Source of the DNA: Bacteroidales bacterium
GTDB lineage: Bacteria; Bacteroidota; Bacteroidia; Bacteroidales; UBA10428
DNA length: 64,000 bases
Assembly: GCA_016935435.1 (NCBI GenBank)
Contig: JAFGQZ010000043.1
Coordinates: forward strand, 16,530 to 80,529
Direction: 5' to 3'
Each line of letters starts with the position of its first letter. Within the stretch, counting starts at the first letter, position 1. The position numbers and the translations under genes are program-made. Shown here one piece after another: positions 56,486 to 64,000 of this stretch. Under the pieces are notes generated by a model, which worked only from the letters and a program-made list of their open reading frames with translations, was not told the origin of the DNA and did no database searches.

Positions 56486-57172
56486 ATGAACTTTGTAATT
56501 ATCGGGTTGGGCAATTTTGGCGCATCGCTGGGCAAAAAGCTTACAGCCCTTGGGCACGATGTAATAGGTGTCGATAAGGAATTGTCGAAGGTTGAGTTCT
56601 TTAAAGATACTATCAAAAATACGGTAAGCATGGACATTACGGATATACATGCTTTAAAAACGCTTCCCCTGAAAGATGCCGATATGGTTGTTGTATGTAT
56701 TGGCGACGATTTTGGCTCATCGGTAATGACTACTGCACTGCTCAAAAAGCTGGGCGTAACAAACCTTTATAGCCGCGAAAGTTCGCTTGTGCATAAAACA
56801 GTTTTGAACTCTATCGGGGTTATGAATACCATTAACCCCGAATACGAAACTGCCGGTCTTTTTGCTGAAAAGTTAATTATGAAAGGGGTATGGAGCATTT
56901 ATAATATTTCTGACGAGATTAAAATTGCCGAAGTAAGCATTCCCGATGAATATATTGGCAAAACTATTAAAGATATTGACTTTAAAACAGAACACAATAT
57001 TAAGCTCCTGGCCTTAAAACAACTCGATAAAAAGTTTTCTACCCCGGTGCTGGAAAAGTGGAATGCTGTTGAAAAGAAAGACCTTGAGGCTGCCGAGGTT
57101 GTTCTTGAAAAAGATATGCGCTTTATTGTGAAAGGCCGTAAGAAAGATATAATTGAGTTTATTAGCTTGTAA
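56486..57172 (+). CDS. trkA: TrkA/KtrA RCK regulatory subunit
   Basis: IIGLGNFG, DMVVVCIGDD, INPE, C-terminal TrkA_C. Confidence 0.92.
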   Translation: MNFVIIGLGNFGASLGKKLTALGHDVIGVDKELSKVEFFKDTIKNTVSMDITDIHALKTLPLKDADMVVVCIGDDFGSSVMTTALLKKLGVTNLYSRESSLVHKTVLNSIGVMNTINPEYETAGLFAEKLIMKGVWSIYNISDEIKIAEVSIPDEYIGKTIKDIDFKTEHNIKLLALKQLDKKFSTPVLEKWNAVEKKDLEAAEVVLEKDMRFIVKGRKKDIIEFISL

Positions 57173-57212
57173 TTACATTAACAGTATCTGTCCGATACAT
57201 AAACAAATTTCG

Positions 57213-58112
57213 ATGCTAAATTATACTGGTGAATTGGCAGCCCTTGCTGTAGCTATTTTCTGGACAATAACTGCCCTGGCTTTTGAAAGGGCAAGTTTTA
57301 AAATTGGCTCCCTGGCAGTTAATATTATCCGCTTGTTTATAGGTTTTGTTTTTCTTAGTGCTTTTACATTTTTCTACAGGGGCAGCCTGCTCCCGGCCGA
57401 TGCAACCACCCATAACTGGCTATGGTTGGCCCTTTCGGGGTTTGTAGGTTTTGTTTTTGGCGATTTGCTGCTTTTTAAGTCATACACCATTATTGGTTCG
57501 AGGTTTGCCATGTTAATTATGACACTTGTGCCCCCAATAACTGCAATTACAGGTTGGGCTGTGCTGGGCGAGAAGCTGTCGCTAATAAATTTAACCGGTA
57601 TGGTTTTAACCGTTGGCGGAATTGCCCTGGCAATATTCAGCCGGAACACTGCCGATGGGAAATTCAGGCTAAAACTATCGCCCAAGGGAATTTTTTTTGC
57701 GCTTGGTGGTGCATTAGGGCAAGCCGTAGGCCTTGTGCTGAGTAAGTTAGGCATGCAGGGCTACGATGCTTTTGCAGCAACCCAAATCAGGCTTCTTGCC
57801 GGCATGTTTGGTTTTGCTGTTTTGGTTTCGGTATTAGGCAGGTGGGGGAGCATTTTTAAGTCGCTGACGAACCGTAAAGGCATGGTTTCAACTACTATAG
57901 GTTCGTTCTTCGGCCCTTTCCTGGGCGTTTCACTGTCATTGCTCGCCGTACAATATACAAAAACAGGAATTGCTTCTACCATTATGTCAATAGTGCCCAT
58001 TCTTATTATTCCACCAGCCATTCTGCTCTATAAGCAAAAAGTAACCCCGATTGAAGTTTTGGGCGCCCTGGTAAGCATTGGGGGCATAAGCTTGTTTTTT
58101 GTAAACCTGTAA
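57213..58112 (+). CDS. EamA/DMT family transporter
   Basis: Ten TM helices; GELAALAVAIFW, LSGFVGFVFGD; ATG 57213 preferred. Confidence 0.88.
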   Translation: MLNYTGELAALAVAIFWTITALAFERASFKIGSLAVNIIRLFIGFVFLSAFTFFYRGSLLPADATTHNWLWLALSGFVGFVFGDLLLFKSYTIIGSRFAMLIMTLVPPITAITGWAVLGEKLSLINLTGMVLTVGGIALAIFSRNTADGKFRLKLSPKGIFFALGGALGQAVGLVLSKLGMQGYDAFAATQIRLLAGMFGFAVLVSVLGRWGSIFKSLTNRKGMVSTTIGSFFGPFLGVSLSLLAVQYTKTGIASTIMSIVPILIIPPAILLYKQKVTPIEVLGALVSIGGISLFFVNL

Positions 58113-58125
58113 AATATACTGCTGC

Positions 58126-59043
58126 GTGGAACATCGGCTTGTAATCAGTCATTTAAAGCTGCATATTATTGTTTTTATTTATGGGTTTACTGCCATTTTC
58201 GGGAAACTCATCAGCCTTGATGCTGTTCATCTGGTATGGCACCGGGTTTTAATTGCAACTGTTGCACTGGGTGTTTTTATCGGTTTTAAAAAATTGAAGT
58301 TTGCCTTATCGCAAAAAGACAGGTTAAAAATTGCAAGTGTCGGACTGGTAGTGGCTTTACACTGGATAAGCTTTTTCGGGGCAATTAAACTCGCCAATGT
58401 ATCGGTTGCATTAGGATGCCTGGCATCGGGCACGCTTTTTACGGGTATCCTGGAGCCATTTTTCTTCAATAAAAAACATAGCAAAGCAGAACTATTTATC
58501 GGGCTGATTATAATAGCCGGAATTTATCTTATTTTTAGGTTTGAAACCCACTATTGGCAGGGTATTGCTGTTGCATTAATTTCGGCCTTTCTGGCTGGTT
58601 TGTTTGCGGTGCTAAACAAAAAACTGGTAGTATTATATCCTGCCCGCATAATTGGCTTTTATGAAATGCTGGGGGCTTTTACAGGCATAAGCATTTATCT
58701 TTTTATATCGGGCACCTTTAAAATAAAATACTTGCTGCCGGGTTTTTCCGACAGTGTTTATTTGCTTTTGCTCGGCACTGTTTGTACAGCTTTTGCCTTT
58801 GTTGTGCAGGTCGATGTTATGAAGAAACTTACTGCCTACGTTGTGTCGCTGGCTATAAACCTTGAGCCCGTATATGGAATAGTTCTTGCATACCTGCTAT
58901 TTGGCGAGGGCGAGCTTATGTCGGGGGGCTTTTATTTAGGCACTATTATTATTCTGCTTTCTGTTTTCGGATACCCGGTTTTTAACCATGTAAAAAACAG
59001 AAAAGCTGAAAATATTGATAATTCAAACGCAACCAATAAATGA
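58126..59043 (+). CDS. EamA/DMT family transporter
   Basis: LHIIVFIYGFTAIFGK, VALHWISFF, INLEPVYG; GTG start. Confidence 0.88.
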   Translation: MEHRLVISHLKLHIIVFIYGFTAIFGKLISLDAVHLVWHRVLIATVALGVFIGFKKLKFALSQKDRLKIASVGLVVALHWISFFGAIKLANVSVALGCLASGTLFTGILEPFFFNKKHSKAELFIGLIIIAGIYLIFRFETHYWQGIAVALISAFLAGLFAVLNKKLVVLYPARIIGFYEMLGAFTGISIYLFISGTFKIKYLLPGFSDSVYLLLLGTVCTAFAFVVQVDVMKKLTAYVVSLAINLEPVYGIVLAYLLFGEGELMSGGFYLGTIIILLSVFGYPVFNHVKNRKAENIDNSNATNK

Positions 59044-59085
59044 ATTTTAACATCTCACTGTTATAAAATACAAAACCAGAATGTT

Positions 59086-59586
59086 ATGAAAAAAGTAGTT
59101 TACCCATTGTTGTTTTTAACGGTTTTATTGTTTAATTCTTCCCGCGACAATTTTTCCAGCGGATCGGCCTATATGCCTATTCTTATGGAACGTACCGAGC
59201 TTGAAAAAAGCGTAAAATTCCGCGAAGCCCAAACCATCGAAAACCCTGGAAAAATTTATTATAAAGACAAAACCATTTTTTTGAACGAAAAGTACAAAGG
59301 AATTCATATTATTGATAATTCCGATCCCCGGAAACCTTTGGCAATTGGGTTTATTAACATTCCCGGATGTATTGATATGGCCGTAAAGAACAATAGCCTC
59401 ATGGCCGATAATGCTACCGATTTAGTTTCGGTTGATATTAGCGATTTGGCCAACTTAAGGGTTACAGGGCGTTTGCAGAATGTTTTTCCGGAAACAACAC
59501 CGCCCGATCTCGAATATATACCCTACATGTTTACTGCTACGAACCGTCCGCGAAATACTATTATTGTTGGCTGGGAGAAAGAATAG
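59086..59586 (+). CDS. LVIVD-associated secreted protein (N-terminal half of an LVIVD propeller)
   Basis: PGKIYYKD, YKGIHIIDNSDP, FINIPGCIDMAV, DLVSVDIS. Confidence 0.75.
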   Translation: MKKVVYPLLFLTVLLFNSSRDNFSSGSAYMPILMERTELEKSVKFREAQTIENPGKIYYKDKTIFLNEKYKGIHIIDNSDPRKPLAIGFINIPGCIDMAVKNNSLMADNATDLVSVDISDLANLRVTGRLQNVFPETTPPDLEYIPYMFTATNRPRNTIIVGWEKE

Positions 59587-59609
59587 AAATTAACTAAAAG
59601 AACAATGTT

Positions 59610-60344
59610 ATGAAAAACCCGATAAAAATTTTATTGTTTGTGTTTATGCTTGTAATTGCCTGTGAAGAAGGAAGTTTAGACTATTCTTCCGATAAAGGCG
59701 AATCTACAGGCACAGGCGGATCCTTAGCCCGCTTTACCATTACAAAAGATTGCCTTTACACGGTCGATAATTATACACTGAAGGTTTTCAGCCTTTCAAA
59801 TGAGAAAATTCCGGAAAAAGTAAACGAACTATATGCAGGTTTTGAAATTGAAACCATTTTTGCAAAAAGTAATTTATTATTCCTGGGTTCCCGTTGGGGT
59901 GTTTATATCTATGATATTTCAGAGCCTCATAACCCTATGCACCTTTCTACCTACAGTCATACATACAGCTGCGATCCGGTAGTGGTGTCTGGCAGTTATG
60001 CCTATTCTACGCTTAGCAGCTCCGGTCCGTGTGCCAGGGGCCAGAACGAACTCGATATTATTGACATTTCAAACCCGGCAACACCAAACCTTGTTAAAGT
60101 TATAAATATGGATAGCCCCAGGGGCCTGGGTATTAGCGGGAACCTTCTGTTTGTTTGCGATAAGGGGTTAAAAGTGTTCAATATTGCCGATAAAGAAAAC
60201 CCTGTTTTTCTTAAGAAAATTTCTGTTACTGCGGTAGATGTTATCCCCATTGATACCTTGCTGCTTGTTGCCACCGAAAGCGGGTTGAGCCAGTATTTAA
60301 TTACCCCCGAAAACGATCTGGAATTCCTGAGCACCTTATATTAA
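59610..60344 (+). CDS. LVIVD repeat lipoprotein
   Basis: Lipobox VIAC; GGSLARF, VYIYDISEP, SCDPVVV, LDIIDISNP. Confidence 0.82.
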   Translation: MKNPIKILLFVFMLVIACEEGSLDYSSDKGESTGTGGSLARFTITKDCLYTVDNYTLKVFSLSNEKIPEKVNELYAGFEIETIFAKSNLLFLGSRWGVYIYDISEPHNPMHLSTYSHTYSCDPVVVSGSYAYSTLSSSGPCARGQNELDIIDISNPATPNLVKVINMDSPRGLGISGNLLFVCDKGLKVFNIADKENPVFLKKISVTAVDVIPIDTLLLVATESGLSQYLITPENDLEFLSTLY

Positions 60345-60364
60345 CACAGAAAACCTATATCAGT

Positions 60365-60973
60365 ATGAAAAAAATATTTGCTGTCATTTTCCTGCTTTAT
60401 GCTTCAGTTAACCTAGCCTTTTCGCAGAACCAGGAATTTAATAAGTCTATTTATTCGTTTGTTCCTCAATATCTTATCAACAGGGGGATACGCGTCGATA
60501 TCGATAAAAAAATATCCGGAAGGCATTACCTGCAAATATGTCCGCAGTTTTACCTGAGCGAAAAGGAAGGAAAGGAATTTGTAAATGATAAAAACCAGTT
60601 CAATTTTCTTGTTGGTGGCGGTGTAAATGCTTACCATAAAATTTTCACTGTCGATAATTTAAAATATAACGGGCTTTACCTTGCTTATGGGCCATCGTAT
60701 AATTATTTTAAAATTGAATATATCGACGATTCCGGCGATTATGATGTTACTGCAAATGCCACAATAAATAAGTTTGGGGCCGATGTTTTGCTGGGATACC
60801 AGATTCTGGTGCACGAAATTGTTTCATTCGATATTTATACCGGTTTGGGCACAAGGTTCAGTTTTATGGAAGCCGGGGGCAACGATACAAACAGGTTTAA
60901 CGATGGCTATTTTGGCTACAACTATACCGGCAATATATTATTGTTGGGCTTTCGCATTGGTGTTGCCTTATAA
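60365..60973 (+). CDS. Outer-membrane beta-barrel protein (DUF3575-like)
   Basis: Signal peptide; VPQY...GIRVD; terminal GFRIGVAL. Confidence 0.7.
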   Translation: MKKIFAVIFLLYASVNLAFSQNQEFNKSIYSFVPQYLINRGIRVDIDKKISGRHYLQICPQFYLSEKEGKEFVNDKNQFNFLVGGGVNAYHKIFTVDNLKYNGLYLAYGPSYNYFKIEYIDDSGDYDVTANATINKFGADVLLGYQILVHEIVSFDIYTGLGTRFSFMEAGGNDTNRFNDGYFGYNYTGNILLLGFRIGVAL

Positions 60974-61068
60974 TATTTATAATTTGGCCTTTCAAGGGCT
61001 GCTAAAACGTTTATTGCCTCAATAGTGGCAAAATATTAATAACGAATTCAATTAAAACAACACAGGAC

Positions 61069-61749
61069 ATGAAAAATAAATATATACTGGTTTTGGTTTT
61101 TATTTTTATTTCATTTACCGGTTATGCCCAGGAGGAAGCTGTTGAAAAATCGCCGGGGCTTATGGTTTTTGGGGTGCCACAATATATTCTTACAAATGGT
61201 TTGAGAATTGATTTTGATTTGCACAAAAAGGGCACCCAAAACTGGATTGTGCTATCGCCATATTATTATTCCGATAATTCATCGGCAGACCTGCTTAACC
61301 TTGGTGGCAGCGATGAATATTTCGATGTTTACAATTACGATAAACTTACCGGTGCCGGTTTGGGCATTTTAAAGAAAACCTTTCTTTCGAAAAAATCGCT
61401 AACAGAGGGTTTTTACCTTGCTTATGGCGGAAGTTACAAATATTTCGATATTGATGGTAACAGCTATACCTGGATTGAATTTACCGGTACCGATGGCCTT
61501 GTTTATCAGAAAATGGCCGATTTAAAATACGATCTTTACATACATTCCATAAACGCAAACGCCATTATTGGGTACCAGCTCGAAGCAAACCCTTCGTTGT
61601 TTTTCGACTTCTTTTGTGGGTTTGGGCTGCGCTATTCTATTCATAGCTCGCCACAAAATGTTACCACAAAATATAACCGGGGCTATTACGACTATGGATA
61701 TACTGGCACCCAGTTTATTGCAGGCTTAAGGGTTGGGATTCTGTTATAA
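61069..61749 (+). CDS. Outer-membrane beta-barrel protein, paralog of the upstream gene
   Basis: Signal peptide; VPQY...GLRID; terminal GLRVGILL. Confidence 0.7.
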   Translation: MKNKYILVLVFIFISFTGYAQEEAVEKSPGLMVFGVPQYILTNGLRIDFDLHKKGTQNWIVLSPYYYSDNSSADLLNLGGSDEYFDVYNYDKLTGAGLGILKKTFLSKKSLTEGFYLAYGGSYKYFDIDGNSYTWIEFTGTDGLVYQKMADLKYDLYIHSINANAIIGYQLEANPSLFFDFFCGFGLRYSIHSSPQNVTTKYNRGYYDYGYTGTQFIAGLRVGILL

Positions 61750-61876
61750 TATTGCCGGGGCAAAACTCCGGGGACCCGAAATCACTTTGTTTAAAAGAGA
61801 TTTTTAGCTATTTCGACCTTTCCTTCTTCAAATTTAGTATCAGGTAAAGCTTTTATCTCGCGATAATATAAAAAAA

Positions 61877-61926
61877 ATGCCTAAGTACCTTTATCTGTAT
61901 TGATTACAGTTTAAGTACTTAGGCAT
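61877..61926. terminator. Hairpin between convergent genes
   Basis: Perfect 12-bp arms ATGCCTAAGTAC / GTACTTAGGCAT with an inner CTGTA/TACAG stem. Confidence 0.7.
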
Positions 61927-61953
61927 AGGCTTATGTGTCCCCGTACAGAGCAG

Positions 61954-63999
61954 TTATTTGCTCAGTATTTTAAATTCCACCCTTCTGTTTCGGGCTTTTC
62001 CTTCATCGGTTGTGTTAGGGGCAATTGGCATCGACTCGCCATAGCCTTTATAGCTTAGCCTTTCATACGAAATGCCCTGGCTTATCAGGTAATTAACCAC
62101 CGATTTGGCCCTTTCTTCAGAGAGTTTCAGGTTTGCTTTGTCTGAGCCAACATTATCGGTATGGCCATCAATCTCTATGCGAAGGGTTTCGTTGTTTACA
62201 AGTAGTTTTACAACTTTATCGAGACTGTAAAACGATTCTTCTTTTAATGTTGCTTTGCCTGTTTCGAAATATATGTTTTGCAGAACAACTTTTGCTCCAA
62301 CCTCAACTTTCTCAAGGGTAAAATTCCTTACAATTATTTCATCGGAGCTTTCCTGCGACAAGTCTAACACATCTATGTGCATAAGGTACCCTTTGGCCGC
62401 AATATCGATACCATAAGGTTTAGGTTCGGGCAAATATATTTTATAGTTTCCGGTAGAATCCGAAATAGCAATGCCCTCAACCGTGTTTTTTTGCTGATCG
62501 ATTAGTTCAAGCTTAGCACGAACGGGTTCGTTTGTTTCACTGTCGGTTATTAAACCACGCAGGAGCAGCCTTGAATCGACTGTAAGCAGGTTAGGTTTTT
62601 CGAAATAGAATTTATCTTCCGGAGGCCTTATGCCCATAAGTGGTTCCGACAAGAACCCCATTAACATATCTTTTTGGGCGCCGAGATAGATAATTTTGTA
62701 AATATCCAACCCGCCAATGCCCGATTCGCGGTTTGAAGCATAATAGGCGGTTTTTCCATCAGGCATTTCAGTGTAAAAAACATCGTCGTCGGGGGTGTTT
62801 ACCGGGTAGCCTAGGTTTTCGGGCTTCGACCAAAGGTTTACCTTTTCGAGTGTACTTTTAAAAACATCGTAGCCACCCATTGAATTGTGCCCTTGGGAGC
62901 TGAAATACAGTGTACTGTCGTTCGCAGAAAGGCTTACGCCAACCTCATCCCAAAAAGTGTTAATCGTATTGCCTATATTTTGTGGTTTTCCCCACTTTCC
63001 GTTGGCCTTCTTTTTACTGAAGTATATATCGGTACCCCCGTATGTGTCTTTTTTGTTTGAAGAAATGAAGTACAACGTGCTTTCGTCCGACGATATGCAC
63101 ATCGAAGTTTCTTTGTTCTTCTTGGTGTTCAGCTTTTTGAGTTTTTTTGGCTTTCCCCATTTATCTTTTTTAAGCTGCGAATAAAAAATATTGCCATTGT
63201 CTTCTTTGCCTTTATACAGGTACAATTTATCTTTTTGGGGCGATAGGCCTACAACTGCAATATTTGTTGTGTTTTTCTTTTCAAGAATTTTTTTGCTCAT
63301 GCGCTCCGATAATGCCCATTCGCCATTCTCGGATTTCGAGTGGTAAATGTCTTCAAAGAATTTATCATCGATAATGCTCCTTTTGCTTTTTAAATTTTGC
63401 ATTCGTCTCGATGTAAAATATATTTGGCTGGCATCGTCGGGCAAAACCGGAGAATATTCATCGAAAACCGAATTCACTTTTTCGCCTAAATTGTTTATTA
63501 CAACACGCTTCGGATCGAGCACCAGGTCGCGGCCGAACTTGCATTGCCGGATAAACATGTTCACTCTTTCCTGGTATATGGCATTTTGCTTTTTCGAGAG
63601 GTTCCTGAGAAAAAGATTATACTCTTCTATGGCATTGTCGAACTCGTTCACCTGATGGTATGCCATGCCCAGCAGCAGGTGTATGTCGAAATGCACATTG
63701 GGGTTTATCTCGTATGCCTTCTGCATATATTTTATCGACTCGTATTTGTTGTCGGTATATAAGTAGCATTTGCCAATCATATAATTTAATTTGGCATTTT
63801 CTGGGTTATAGGTATAAGCAGCCATGTAACTGTCGCGTGCATCCCTGAAAGAGCCCGGGCCGTATGAGTAAAAGGCTTCGGCATCGCGCACCGAGCGTAT
63901 GGCCTCTTTAAAGCCAAATTCTTCTTTTTTAAATTCTTTGCGCTTAATTTTCAATGGGCCTTGTTGTCCAAAGCAGTTAAAAGTAACCGTTAATAACAA
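61954..63999 (-). CDS. OmpA-family protein with TPR, PD40 and carboxypeptidase-regulatory-like domains (PorE-like); 5' end beyond the window
   Basis: TPR N-half, FDEYSP / GGTDIY / GGYDVF PD40 repeats, IYFETGK, GHTDNVG, LSEERA, NRRVEF. Confidence 0.9.
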   Translation of the reverse strand: MLLTVTFNCFGQQGPLKIKRKEFKKEEFGFKEAIRSVRDAEAFYSYGPGSFRDARDSYMAAYTYNPENAKLNYMIGKCYLYTDNKYESIKYMQKAYEINPNVHFDIHLLLGMAYHQVNEFDNAIEEYNLFLRNLSKKQNAIYQERVNMFIRQCKFGRDLVLDPKRVVINNLGEKVNSVFDEYSPVLPDDASQIYFTSRRMQNLKSKRSIIDDKFFEDIYHSKSENGEWALSERMSKKILEKKNTTNIAVVGLSPQKDKLYLYKGKEDNGNIFYSQLKKDKWGKPKKLKKLNTKKNKETSMCISSDESTLYFISSNKKDTYGGTDIYFSKKKANGKWGKPQNIGNTINTFWDEVGVSLSANDSTLYFSSQGHNSMGGYDVFKSTLEKVNLWSKPENLGYPVNTPDDDVFYTEMPDGKTAYYASNRESGIGGLDIYKIIYLGAQKDMLMGFLSEPLMGIRPPEDKFYFEKPNLLTVDSRLLLRGLITDSETNEPVRAKLELIDQQKNTVEGIAISDSTGNYKIYLPEPKPYGIDIAAKGYLMHIDVLDLSQESSDEIIVRNFTLEKVEVGAKVVLQNIYFETGKATLKEESFYSLDKVVKLLVNNETLRIEIDGHTDNVGSDKANLKLSEERAKSVVNYLISQGISYERLSYKGYGESMPIAPNTTDEGKARNRRVEFKILSK

Positions 64000-64000
64000 T

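Noticed and set aside
310-63848. The many 60-190 aa ORFs antisense to or nested in long genes (e.g. 310-696, 9667-10233, 40167-40664)
   Set aside because: They are shadow frames of well-supported genes with no recognisable motifs or independent start signals

Overview
Chromosomal window from a Bacteroidota bacterium, probably an anaerobic or facultative Bacteroidales/Marinilabiliales-type lineage. This is inferred from TAnnTTTG promoters, T9SS cargo, a PorE-like OmpA protein and a hut operon with fused FTCD. Housekeeping and metabolic genes: proS, an M49 peptidase, hutHUI-ftcD, zwf-pgl, a class A PBP, Trk/Ktr potassium uptake and two EamA transporters. More unusual content: (1) a five-gene heterodisulfide-reductase-like operon (HdrC, HdrB, a ferredoxin-less HdrA, a second HdrC-like protein and a membrane cytochrome b/CCG fusion); (2) a cyclase-less carotenoid operon with hydratase, glycosyltransferase and acyltransferase, divergent from gpx-marR; (3) a membrane-anchored HExxH peptidase with about 17 32-aa YD-like repeats and MORN repeats; (4) an alpha-2-macroglobulin with a SusC-like N-terminal domain in its bait region; (5) an Eco47II-like type II R-M system with vsr, plus an orphan Dam-type methylase; (6) two copies of a 143-145 bp MITE with IS4-like terminal inverted repeats and exact 10-bp target duplications; (7) three copies of a composite intergenic repeat (heptamer VNTR, 37-bp core, 9-mer block, 6-mer block). 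No rRNA, tRNA, CRISPR array or transposase was recognised. All protein family calls come from motif reading and recall, not database searches.
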